Assembly (NCBI GenBank): GCA_041640035.1
Contig: JBEQBC010000004.1
Span: 1-49,480, forward strand
Source: Candidatus Nanohaloarchaea archaeon
GTDB taxonomy: Archaea; Nanohalarchaeota; Nanosalinia; Nanosalinales; Nanosalinaceae
Direction: 5' to 3'
Length of the DNA stretch: 49,480 bases
Position numbers and translations under genes: made by a program. Under the pieces are notes generated by a model. It did not search any database. It was not told where the DNA came from and was given only the letters and a program-made list of their open reading frames with translations. This document shows, piece by piece, positions 27,561-36,781 of the stretch (position 1 is its first letter; every line of letters starts with the position of its first letter).

Positions 27561-27878
27561 TTGGACTACAAAGAACTTGTGCAGGTGATGATCGAACAGT
27601 ACCACGATATGGTGGGTGATGTAGCTTACACCCAGGCAAAGAGAGTGGAAAACCTTGAAATGGATGAAGACAATCAGGTAACCTCCAATCTGAACGAAAG
27701 CGATGTAGAGGAACTGTTAGATGTCTTCAGTGATGTGATAGGCCAGGGAGCGGTCGGAGTAGGTAGAAGAGCAGTAAAGGAGGCCTATGAACAGGATGAA
27801 TCAGTAAGCGATCTTGATATACCGGAAAAAATCAGGCCTAAGGAACTGAAGGCGGAATCCTTCGCATCAGCTCTTTAA
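27561..27878 (+). CDS. Small soluble helical protein coupled to the 7TM gene
   Basis: TTG start 1 nt after the 7TM stop, SD AGAGGT; paralog of 4191..4520. Confidence 0.82.
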   Translation: MDYKELVQVMIEQYHDMVGDVAYTQAKRVENLEMDEDNQVTSNLNESDVEELLDVFSDVIGQGAVGVGRRAVKEAYEQDESVSDLDIPEKIRPKELKAESFASAL

Positions 27879-28672
27879 TCCTCTTTCCAATCCAGTTTTT
27901 CTCTTAGTTCCTCCAGCGACTCTGAATTCTTGACAGCTCTCCCGAACTCCCGTATCTCCTCAATATCTATAGATTCCGGGAAGTAACCTTTCTGATCCTC
28001 ATAACCGTCCAGTAAACCTGCCTGCTTCAGACCTTTCAACACGACCCCGGCTGTTTCCTTCGGTACATCTTCAAGCCTCTCACCTATCTCATCAGAGTTG
28101 AAGAAACCGCTTCTCTTCTCACTCATCTCCTTCAAACCATCGTATACTTCATCGATGTAACGATGCATCTTCCCGTACATAGCCGGGTCAAAATCCATTA
28201 TATCACGGCTTACCTCAGGTCTGTTCTCCTCAATCGATCGGCTCATCTCACTGATTTTCCTCGCGGTACTGGCGCCCGAGCTCTTCATATGGGACATGAA
28301 TAGTTTCCGCAGCTTCTCGTAATCGTGGTCAGGGTGATTTTCCAGGACCTGTTCCGCGGCCTCTCTGATATCTACTTCTTCATCTTCAGGTTCCTGCGGC
28401 TGAACATCAAGTTCGTTCTCTACTCTTTCCCATGCAACTCCGTCCAGAAGAACTGCTTCCCAGGTCTTAGGATTATTACCGGTGTAAATCACATGCCGGG
28501 TTTCATCACTCTCCGTCATGTACTTCAAAGTCTTTCCAACCAGTTGAGGGCTGTAATCGTCCAACCTGTCGGCGATATCCTGGCTGGTGAAGCTCGAGGT
28601 TTCCTCAGACGCATATTCTTCTATCTCGGGTAGGACATCCTTGAGGTATCTTTCTTCCCAGGTCTTACTCAT
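27875..28672 (-). CDS. Hypothetical protein with two winged-HTH-like repeats
   Basis: FTSQDIADRLDDYSPQLVGKTLK and FNSDEIGERLEDVPKETAGVVLK. Confidence 0.7.
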   Translation of the reverse strand: MSKTWEERYLKDVLPEIEEYASEETSSFTSQDIADRLDDYSPQLVGKTLKYMTESDETRHVIYTGNNPKTWEAVLLDGVAWERVENELDVQPQEPEDEEVDIREAAEQVLENHPDHDYEKLRKLFMSHMKSSGASTARKISEMSRSIEENRPEVSRDIMDFDPAMYGKMHRYIDEVYDGLKEMSEKRSGFFNSDEIGERLEDVPKETAGVVLKGLKQAGLLDGYEDQKGYFPESIDIEEIREFGRAVKNSESLEELREKLDWKED

Positions 28673-28680
28673 GGATTTAT

Positions 28681-30363
28681 CTAGGTGTGGAATCCGGTTT
28701 CGCTGGTTTGGATCCGCATCAAATCCTGAAGAGGTGCTTCTTCGTAAACCTCACGGATATCTTCTCCTTCAGGATACTCTTTCAGTCCGAGAAGCCACGG
28801 GAACTGTTTCGCGGCTTCTTCTCCCAGGTTCAGTGCGTCTTCACGGTATGAGAAGTTTCCTTCAGGAGTGGAACGCAGGTTTACAAAGTACTGCAGCTGA
28901 TCGAATCCCATGCTCATCGTAATCGTGGTCATGGTCGCCATCGGAAGGATATACTGCGCCTGAAGCGGAAAATCCTCTCTTATCTCTTTTTCAGCTTTGT
29001 GTGCGATTTCCATGGTTTCATCGAATAGTTCTTGTGCCTCTTCCGGAAGATCATCGATCAGGTCCGGACGGTAGTATCCCATGTCTAGGCTGTAGATGTT
29101 TTCCCCTCTATCGTTTTTCTGATGTCTTCTGAGATCTCTTAGTGCGCCGATATCTGTCTTGATCTCGAATGTGATTTTCTCTATATCGAGTTCCTCGTTT
29201 CTGCCGACCCATTCATCGTATTCTCCACGGTTTTCAACTTTTCTCTCAAGCATATCGATTTTTTCCTCATAGCTTTTTTCCTGTGCTTCCTCAAAGGCCT
29301 GTGAGAAACCTAAACGGTTATTCTCCTTGATGATATGTGCTACGACTTTGTCTAGAGTATTTTTGGGTTTAGAAATGATTTCGACGCCTTTTTCAAGTTT
29401 CTTTGTTTCTTTGCTGGTTTCCATATCTCCCTGGTACAAATGGAGTTTGTCGCTGCGGTAGCTGCTTTCTTCAGTATACTTCAGAAGTGAGGGTGCTATG
29501 TCTCCTCCAGCATCTTCAATTTTATCCGCTGAGTTCTGTATCTCTGCTAGTGGGTGTCCTTTCCATGAGCTGATATCGAACTCGGTGCTTCTGGCGTCTA
29601 CCGCCCACGCGATATTGGTCTGGATGGCCTGTGGTAGTAGGAACCGTGCGATATCCAGGGCTTTTCCATCTATCTCTCTGTCGTACTTTCTTTCCAGGAA
29701 GCTGTCTGATTTCTCCTGTGTTTCCTCATCCTGGTCTTCAAGCCATTCATCGAACGGTATCTCTTCTCTGTAGTATTCTTTCGCGATTTCGGTGAACCTT
29801 TCATAGTTCTCCGTCATCTCCTCGATAGTATCAGTGTATGTGTCTGAGTGCTCGCTCTCCATTACATCGGGATCCTTGTAGTAGTTCTCCTTGTCGAACT
29901 CGACATACCTTGTGGATTGTTCGATGAAGAAGGCGAGCTGGTCCTCTGCCAGTTTCCTTGCGAATAGCTGGCTTACATCGTTGGCGACGAAAGGTATCCA
30001 GACTGTGTTGGCGATTGATTTGTGGCCGTATGTTCCGTAGTATTTCTCGAAGAAGCTTCTGGATTTCTCCAGCCCGGCCTCCAAAGCGTTCTGCGGGTGT
30101 TCGAAACCTTTCTCTGAATCTTCTTCTGTGGTGGCTGCTAGTTTTTCGAGGCGTTCTTCTCCGCCTTCCATCTTGTGGCCGCGGACTTCTCCTTTGATTG
30201 CGTCAAGTAGGTGTTCTCTGACATCTTTTGGGCTTCTTGAAAAGAATGAGCCGAATGCGCCGAATATTTCCGGGCTTACATTCTTGACTGCGTAGATGTC
30301 TTCTTCTGTATGGGTTACAAAGTTTGAAAGCGCTTTTTCCTCTTTTTCCGAGAACTCTGCTAT
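28681..30363 (-). CDS. thyX: FAD-dependent thymidylate synthase, long tandem-domain type (ATA start)
   Basis: YGH.SIA, EQSTRYV, DIARFLLP, RDLRRH, QY.LPMA, LRS.PEG..SYR. A conserved-looking N-terminus (FVTH..DIYAV.N..PE..GA....SRS) lies 64 codons upstream of the tracked ATG. Confidence 0.88.
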   Translation of the reverse strand: MAEFSEKEEKALSNFVTHTEEDIYAVKNVSPEIFGAFGSFFSRSPKDVREHLLDAIKGEVRGHKMEGGEERLEKLAATTEEDSEKGFEHPQNALEAGLEKSRSFFEKYYGTYGHKSIANTVWIPFVANDVSQLFARKLAEDQLAFFIEQSTRYVEFDKENYYKDPDVMESEHSDTYTDTIEEMTENYERFTEIAKEYYREEIPFDEWLEDQDEETQEKSDSFLERKYDREIDGKALDIARFLLPQAIQTNIAWAVDARSTEFDISSWKGHPLAEIQNSADKIEDAGGDIAPSLLKYTEESSYRSDKLHLYQGDMETSKETKKLEKGVEIISKPKNTLDKVVAHIIKENNRLGFSQAFEEAQEKSYEEKIDMLERKVENRGEYDEWVGRNEELDIEKITFEIKTDIGALRDLRRHQKNDRGENIYSLDMGYYRPDLIDDLPEEAQELFDETMEIAHKAEKEIREDFPLQAQYILPMATMTTITMSMGFDQLQYFVNLRSTPEGNFSYREDALNLGEEAAKQFPWLLGLKEYPEGEDIREVYEEAPLQDLMRIQTSETGFHT

Positions 30364-30531
30364 TTTCCTTCCCCTCCTTAACCAATTGGTTCCAGCTCAG
30401 TTATTTTATATTTTGAGAACCGAAAACCGCTAACCTTTGAATCCGTTCTCAGATCCAAAAAATGTACTCTGCCAGATGTATCTTTTCCGGCTTTCAACAG
30501 ATGTAAAAAACACTGAACGGGATATCAACAT

Positions 30532-31263
30532 GTGAACCGTCCAAAAATCTTCCAGTCACGCGAGAAAGAGAAGAAATTCTTCAAATGGACGCTAGCGTTC
30601 GTGGCGTTTTCGATAATAGCTTATTTCCTAACTCAACCGTACCACCAGCTGCTGTACGATGTTGAAGCACTGAGAAACTTCATCGAAGGCTTTGGAGTCT
30701 TCGGACCTCTCGTACTAATCGCACTGCAGATAGCACAGGTAATAATCGCGCCTATACCCGGTCCGGTCGTAGGAGCTGCCGCAGGATACGCATTCGGAGT
30801 TTTCTGGGGAACAGTCTGGGGATTCATAGGACTGACTATTGGAAGTACCCTGGCTATCGTCCTGGCGAAGCTCTACGGAAGACCTTTCGTGGAAGATGTA
30901 ATAGCAGATGAAACACTGGACAAATTCGATTACCTTGCAGATGAGCACGGATTCCTGCCATTCTTCCTTCTATTCCTGCTACCAGGATTCCCGGACGACG
31001 CGATCTGCTTCATAGCAGGACTGACAGATATAGATGCCAAAAAACTGATACTGATGGCAAGCTTCGGAAGAATACCAGGACTTGTATCACTTACAGTGTT
31101 CGGTAACAGTCTGGCGGTCGGAAACATGACTGTGATGATTATTACAGGGCTGGCAGTAATCGCTGTCAGCACAGCGGCTTGGTACCTCAGAGAACATGTG
31201 GTTCAGCCGGGAGAAAAAATAAGAAGCCCTGTAAAGGCGATAAGAGAAAAACTGGGAATCTAG
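30532..31263 (+). CDS. TVP38/TMEM64 (DedA/VTT) family membrane protein
   Basis: QVIIAPIPG, AG..FG..WG, LLPGFPDD.IC..AG, GR.PG. Confidence 0.9.
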   Translation: MNRPKIFQSREKEKKFFKWTLAFVAFSIIAYFLTQPYHQLLYDVEALRNFIEGFGVFGPLVLIALQIAQVIIAPIPGPVVGAAAGYAFGVFWGTVWGFIGLTIGSTLAIVLAKLYGRPFVEDVIADETLDKFDYLADEHGFLPFFLLFLLPGFPDDAICFIAGLTDIDAKKLILMASFGRIPGLVSLTVFGNSLAVGNMTVMIITGLAVIAVSTAAWYLREHVVQPGEKIRSPVKAIREKLGI

Positions 31264-32525
31264 TACTCTACTTCTGAGCCCTCATACAGAGGATACTCCT
31301 CAAGCAACTCACTTACACGCTTTCTCACTTCTCCTCGGACAGACTCGTCTTCAGGATTCTTCAGAACCTCTCCGATCATCTCCCCGATTTCACGAAGCTC
31401 CTTCTCTTCCATACCTCTAGTTGTCAGAGCAGGTGTTCCGATCCGTACTCCGGAAGTAACCATCGGAGGTTCCGGATCATAAGGCACAGCGTTCTTGTTT
31501 GCAACTATATTTGCATCCTCTAACGCCTTTTCACCTTCCTTACCTGTCACTTCTTCATCTCGGAGATCAACCAGAACCAGATGGTTGTCTGTACCGCCTG
31601 AAACCAGCTTCAGGTCGTGCTCCCGTAATCCTTCCGCCAGAGCCTTCGTGTTCTTCTTGATCTGTTTGGCGTAGTCTTTGAACTCTGGTTTCATGGCTTC
31701 CTTGAAACATACAGCTTTTCCAGCTATCTGGTGCATCAATGGTCCTCCTTGGCTGTATGGGAAGACTGCTGAATCGATTTCATCTGCGTATTCTTCCTTG
31801 CATAGGATCATGCCTCCGCGTGCTCCTCGGATTGATTTGTGTGTGGTGGTTGTGACGATGTCACAGTGTGGGAACGGCTGCATGTGTTCATCAGCGGCTA
31901 CAAGCCCTGAAATATGTGCTATATCTGCCATAAGCAGTGCGTCGACCTCGTCCGCGACTTCTCTGAACATCTCGAAGTCGACTTCTCTTGGATAGGCTGA
32001 GTACCCGCATACGATAAGATCGGGGTCATGTTCTTTCGCAGCCTCTAGAACATCTTCTTTCTCGAATCTTCCCGTTTCTTCGTTGATCGGATATGTTCCG
32101 AAGTCGAACATGTCCCCTGACATATTTACACTGTGACCGTGTGAGAGATGTCCTCCGTGAGAAAGTACCGGTCCCAGGATCTTTCCGTCCTTTCCGACCA
32201 GTTTTCCGTATACTGCCAGGTTTGCTGTTGAACCGCTGTGTGGCTGTACATTTGCGTGGTCTGCTCCGAAGATTTCACATGCTCTTTTTCGGGCCAGGTT
32301 TTCGACTTTGTCGTGGTATTCACATCCTGCGTAGTATCTGTTTCCGGGGTAGCCTTCTGCGTACTTGTTGGTCAAGACGCTTCCCTGTGCCTGAAGTATC
32401 TGTTTAGGTACAAAGTTTTCCGAGGCAATCATCTCCAAGGACTCGCTTTCCTGCCGTTTTATCTCGTTCTTAAGGGCTTTGTGAACTTCGGGATCTGCTT
32501 CAGAAAGATCTTCGTGTTCCATCAA
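31260..32525 (-). CDS. glyA: Serine hydroxymethyltransferase
   Basis: IASENF, NKYAEGYPG.RYY.GC, GGHLSHG, TTTTHK, SGGTDNH, SGVRIGTPA.TTRG. Confidence 0.97.
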   Translation of the reverse strand: MMEHEDLSEADPEVHKALKNEIKRQESESLEMIASENFVPKQILQAQGSVLTNKYAEGYPGNRYYAGCEYHDKVENLARKRACEIFGADHANVQPHSGSTANLAVYGKLVGKDGKILGPVLSHGGHLSHGHSVNMSGDMFDFGTYPINEETGRFEKEDVLEAAKEHDPDLIVCGYSAYPREVDFEMFREVADEVDALLMADIAHISGLVAADEHMQPFPHCDIVTTTTHKSIRGARGGMILCKEEYADEIDSAVFPYSQGGPLMHQIAGKAVCFKEAMKPEFKDYAKQIKKNTKALAEGLREHDLKLVSGGTDNHLVLVDLRDEEVTGKEGEKALEDANIVANKNAVPYDPEPPMVTSGVRIGTPALTTRGMEEKELREIGEMIGEVLKNPEDESVRGEVRKRVSELLEEYPLYEGSEVEY

Positions 32526-32546
32526 CTAATTATTGTGGACGAATTT

Positions 32547-33164
32547 CTATGATTCTTTCGGTTTGGTACAGATGAAACTGACGAAATCACTTCCCCGACT
32601 GCTTTCGTTAACTTGTTTTCTCTCGATAAAGAAGCCTGCGGATTCGAACATTTTCCGGGCTTCATCCATCTCTACAGGGTATTCTTTGACCCTCGAACTC
32701 CATTTCTCGTTCAGTTTTGCTTCCTCAGTTCCTATCTTCATACTGACGAAAAGATCTCCTCCCGGGTTTAGTACTCTGTAGAACTCGTTAAGCGTCTTTT
32801 TCATTTCAGCGGGTGGAACGAAGAAGATTGAAGCTGATGCCCAGACGCTGTCGAACTTTTCATCACTGAAACCGAGATTTCGGAAGTCCATGACTTGGAA
32901 GTCTGGTTCAAAACGGTTTCTCGCGATCTTGATTAGTTCTTTAGAGATATCTATGCCTGTAGGCGTCAAACCTTTTTTGTAAAAGTACTCTGTGTCTCTA
33001 CCATGGCCGCAACCGGCGTCGAGAAGTTTCTCGCCTGATTTCTCCGCGAATTCTTCTCTCAGTTCTATGAAGCCTTCTGCCAGGTTTTCATCGGTGTAGT
33101 GGTCAGCCTGTGATTCAGCATTTTTGTTATAGAACTTTTTCGCTGAATGATCCACGGGCATCAC
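32547..33164 (-). CDS. Class I SAM-dependent methyltransferase
   Basis: LLDAGCGHGRD, GIDIS, FDSVW, RVLNPGG. Confidence 0.9.
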   Translation of the reverse strand: MMPVDHSAKKFYNKNAESQADHYTDENLAEGFIELREEFAEKSGEKLLDAGCGHGRDTEYFYKKGLTPTGIDISKELIKIARNRFEPDFQVMDFRNLGFSDEKFDSVWASASIFFVPPAEMKKTLNEFYRVLNPGGDLFVSMKIGTEEAKLNEKWSSRVKEYPVEMDEARKMFESAGFFIERKQVNESSRGSDFVSFICTKPKES

Positions 33165-33814
33165 TCTTCTGCTAGCATCTGTACTACTAGCTGAAGTATC
33201 TGGACGAATACTCCCATGAATGCTGTGTAGATGCCGATTCCGTTGAGGAATGGCTTTCCGGGCCGTGTCCTTACCATGTAGATTTCATGTACAAGGTAGA
33301 CTACGAAGCCGATTAGAGCCAGGAAGAATGCTACTACTGTAAGCATCGGGCTGAAGCTTCCTATAAGTGAGATTCCGAGTACGCCTAGGAATAGGTAGTT
33401 TGCGTATCGTCCCCAGGATGAGAAGTCGTGTCCTGTTCCGTAGACTAATAGTCCGGCTAGAAGTGCGATTATGATTGAGATTGCTCCTGTTATTGCTATT
33501 GCTGTTACCTGTGCTACCGGTGATACCAATAGGCTTATTATTCCGGCTCCGAATACTCCGTAGCCTAGCTGTATAAGTCCTGTTCCGGCTGCTGCGACTC
33601 CGAAGTTTTCCTGTCTGATTCCTCTTTTCGCTATGTATACTCCTCCGGATAGCAGGATTCCGTATACTATTACTCCCAGGAAGAAGAACCTTCCGAACAG
33701 CATTTCATTTACGGCTCTCAATGGTGTCGTTGCGAACATCATCATTACTATTATGTTCAGTGCTACGAGTCCGGTTCCTACTCCAAGACTCTTCAGTTCT
33801 CCTTTCTGGAACAT
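33161..33814 (-). CDS. Multi-pass membrane protein, Bax inhibitor-1-like
   Basis: About 7 TMs, DFSSWG..., C-terminal GIYTAFMGVFVQILQL pattern. Confidence 0.65.
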   Translation of the reverse strand: MFQKGELKSLGVGTGLVALNIIVMMMFATTPLRAVNEMLFGRFFFLGVIVYGILLSGGVYIAKRGIRQENFGVAAAGTGLIQLGYGVFGAGIISLLVSPVAQVTAIAITGAISIIIALLAGLLVYGTGHDFSSWGRYANYLFLGVLGISLIGSFSPMLTVVAFFLALIGFVVYLVHEIYMVRTRPGKPFLNGIGIYTAFMGVFVQILQLVVQMLAEE

Positions 33815-33888
33815 AACAACTCAATTATAGTGGAAGGTTAAAAGGTCGGTGATAGGTTTCAAAACCTTTCAATGATTCATTCAATTCT

Positions 33889-34554
33889 GTGAAGGAACAC
33901 GGTTACCCTGGAACTCTTATCGCGGTTGAAGGTGCTGATGGAGCAGGAACTACCACACAGTCCGAAAAACTAGCTGAGAAGCTTGATGCGGAATGGACTG
34001 CTGAACCTACTTCAGGGCCTGTAGGTAAGAAGATACAGGAGATGATCCGCTCCGATGATTATTCTGCCGAAGCTATTGCTTTGAACTTTGCGGCGGATAG
34101 GATGCTTCACCTTGAACAGAAAGTCATACCGCTTCTGAAACAGGGTAAGACGGTGGTCACGGATCGTTATTACCATTCTTCTATGACTTATCAACCGGCT
34201 TTAGGAGCTGATTTTGAATGGGTTCGGAAACTGAACAAGGACGCTTTAAAACCTGATTTGACTATTATCGTGGATGTTGAGCCGGAGGAGGCGCTTTCAA
34301 GGATTGAGGGTAGAGAGTTCGGTAAGATTAACTCTGATATTGAGGAGGATGATTCTCAGACTTCGCTCAGATCTGCTTCTGAAGGTACTGATGTTATTTT
34401 TGAGAACTTGAGTTTTGAGCAAGAGGTTATAAAGCGTTACAGGGATCTTGAAAGCCGGCTGGATGAAGATATCGTGATCGTAGATGGCTCTGAATCTATT
34501 GACCAGGTTTTTGATCAGATATGTTCTGCTGTAGCTGATAGAAATCTTTTTTAA
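33889..34554 (+). CDS. tmk: Thymidylate kinase
   Basis: IAVEGADGAGTTTQ, EPT, FAADR, V.TDRY..SS..YQ, PDLTI. Confidence 0.93.
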   Translation: MKEHGYPGTLIAVEGADGAGTTTQSEKLAEKLDAEWTAEPTSGPVGKKIQEMIRSDDYSAEAIALNFAADRMLHLEQKVIPLLKQGKTVVTDRYYHSSMTYQPALGADFEWVRKLNKDALKPDLTIIVDVEPEEALSRIEGREFGKINSDIEEDDSQTSLRSASEGTDVIFENLSFEQEVIKRYRDLESRLDEDIVIVDGSESIDQVFDQICSAVADRNLF

Positions 34555-34591
34555 CCAGTTTGGTGTATCAGGTTTAATACAAAGGTGTCTT

Positions 34592-35149
34592 ATGACCGAT
34601 AAAGAACTCGAGGAAACGAACTCAGGTGTTAAGAAAAAAGGAGACTGGGAAGAGATCTCAGAGTTCGCCCGTGAAGTTGAGAAGGCAGTAGAGGACACTG
34701 ACCTTGAGGACGACGAAGTAGAGGAGTACAACGACTGGCGTCCCAGAGAGGATGAAGATGAAAAAGATATCCGTGATAGAACAGCAGAGAAAGCAACAAT
34801 CAAGGTTCCGCGGGAAAATGTTTCTGTAATAAATGAAGCCGAAGAAGCAGGCAAGAAGATCGCAGAGGCTGGTGGGAAGGCCAAAAAACTTGAATCGCCT
34901 AAAGACGATATATCGGATGGCTTCAAACAGTTCTGGACAGGTATGATCTACAAATCCGCCGAATTAATGCAGAATTTCGAGAAAGCTATCTACCGAAGAT
35001 TTATGCTCCGTTTCAATCCTTACTACTACGATACTGCCAACCTGTCCGTAGATATGCGCAGCGACAGAAAAGGCGACTACCAGATGGATGTCAGCGTATC
35101 CGAAGACGAAGCTAGAGAGAACCTGAAAGAGAGGTTTAAAGACGAATAA
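34592..35149 (+). CDS. Haloarchaeal conserved protein (DUF5828-like)
   Basis: SGVKKKGDWEEI, DWRP, TAEKA, FE..IY...M....PYYYD pattern recalled from the haloarchaeal family. Confidence 0.7.
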   Translation: MTDKELEETNSGVKKKGDWEEISEFAREVEKAVEDTDLEDDEVEEYNDWRPREDEDEKDIRDRTAEKATIKVPRENVSVINEAEEAGKKIAEAGGKAKKLESPKDDISDGFKQFWTGMIYKSAELMQNFEKAIYRRFMLRFNPYYYDTANLSVDMRSDRKGDYQMDVSVSEDEARENLKERFKDE

Positions 35150-36093
35150 TGCTGGATATAATATTTGCACTGGCTATTATCGGCTCCATGTTCATGGGGA
35201 TATCCATAGGAGCCTCCAGCGTAGCACCAGCATTCGGACCAGTTAACTCGTCAGGAACAGCGACAATACTCCGTTCAGCACTTCTAGCCGGTTTCTTCGC
35301 ATTCCTCGGATCTGTTCTACAGGGAGCAAATGTAACAGGAACCATAGGAAAAGGTATCTTGGGAGCAGAACTGGCAGTCTACCAGGCAGTGATAGTACTT
35401 TTCATAGGGAGTGCACTCGTAATTACAAGCGTATTAACCGATTATCCTATGCCTACCGCCTTTACACTGGTCGGCGCAGTAATCGGAGTAGGTCTTGGTT
35501 TCAATTACGGTATATCCACGGGAGTGATGGGTAAGATAATGGCTTACTGGCTTCTCATACCGTTCGCAGCCGCAGGCCTGGGATACATCATAGCCCGGCT
35601 TCTGCAGAAATATGTTCCGAAGGAGGGCTCGGAAAAGAAGCTGAAGTACCTGATGCTGGTATCAGGATCTTACATGGCGTATACCGCGGGAGCAGGATCA
35701 GTAGGACTAGCTGTCGGCCCTCTTACCTCGCTTGATATTTCTCTAGCCGCACTACTTCTCCTTGGAGGATTTGCGATACTTATCGGAAGCTGGATGTACT
35801 CTCCACGGATAATCAAGGCAGTATCAGTCGACTACGCTAACATGGGTCCACGGAGATCGATTGCAGCACTTCTTTCCTCAGCACTTCTCGCACAGATCGG
35901 GATTTTCTACGGTGTACCTATCTCATTCAATGAGGCTATCATTGCATCTGTTATAGGGTCTGGGATGGTGGAAGGACGCTCAAATTATGACAGCGAGAAG
36001 GTTTCAAGAACTGTCGCAGCATGGACGGGAGCCTTCATTCTTGCTATTGCACTGGGATATGGTATATCTATGGCGGTTTCTTTCCTGGTGTAG
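35149..36093 (+). CDS. Inorganic phosphate transporter (PiT) family
   Basis: IGA...AFGP..., G.NV..TIG.GI, P.PT...LVGA..G, GVPIS...I....IG.G. Confidence 0.88.
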   Translation: MLDIIFALAIIGSMFMGISIGASSVAPAFGPVNSSGTATILRSALLAGFFAFLGSVLQGANVTGTIGKGILGAELAVYQAVIVLFIGSALVITSVLTDYPMPTAFTLVGAVIGVGLGFNYGISTGVMGKIMAYWLLIPFAAAGLGYIIARLLQKYVPKEGSEKKLKYLMLVSGSYMAYTAGAGSVGLAVGPLTSLDISLAALLLLGGFAILIGSWMYSPRIIKAVSVDYANMGPRRSIAALLSSALLAQIGIFYGVPISFNEAIIASVIGSGMVEGRSNYDSEKVSRTVAAWTGAFILAIALGYGISMAVSFLV

Positions 36094-36135
36094 AAATGAG
36101 TCAAATATTTGGGATTAACCCTGCAAATGGTTCTT

Positions 36136-36774
36136 ATGCTGTCCGAAGAAGAGGTTGAAACGCTGAAAGAACGGCTTAAAGAAGAATTCTCAGATTACGA
36201 GGAGAAAGCAGGTGGCAAAAACTTCCGATACCATCATCTCACCTCGGTACATCAGTACGCTAAGAACATAGCTGAAACAGTGGACGAGGATATCGATATG
36301 CGTGTTCTTGAAACCGCAGCACTCTTCCATGATATCGGAAGGAAAGAAGATATAGAAGACGGCTACATGGACCCATTCGAGGGACATGAAGGCCACGACG
36401 AAAGAGGAGCCGAAATAGTTGCAGAGTACATTAATGATATACTAGATGAAGAACAAGTTGAACAGGTAGAGAAGATAATTGGCAACCATCACTCCGAGCC
36501 GGAGACAGTAGAGGGCAAGATTCTGCAGGACGCTGACCATCTTTACAGTTACGGAGTCCATGATCTGTGGAGAATGGTTCAGTATGGAGCACAGACCGGA
36601 AGAGAGATTGATGGCTTACCGGAATACTTCTGGGAAGAACTAGTTCCTCAGAGAGCTGAAGAACTGGAAACCTTCAACTTCGATAAAACAAGAGAAGTAG
36701 CCGAGAAACGATTGATCAAGTATCAGGAAGCAGTCCGGCAGTTCCAAGACGAGATAGAAGGGAGGGATTTCTGA
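36136..36774 (+). CDS. HD-domain phosphohydrolase
   Basis: H...V, AALFHDIG, H..RGA, NHH, LQDAD; start probably ATG 36136. Confidence 0.88.
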   Translation: MLSEEEVETLKERLKEEFSDYEEKAGGKNFRYHHLTSVHQYAKNIAETVDEDIDMRVLETAALFHDIGRKEDIEDGYMDPFEGHEGHDERGAEIVAEYINDILDEEQVEQVEKIIGNHHSEPETVEGKILQDADHLYSYGVHDLWRMVQYGAQTGREIDGLPEYFWEELVPQRAEELETFNFDKTREVAEKRLIKYQEAVRQFQDEIEGRDF

Positions 36775-36781
36775 ATTGATT

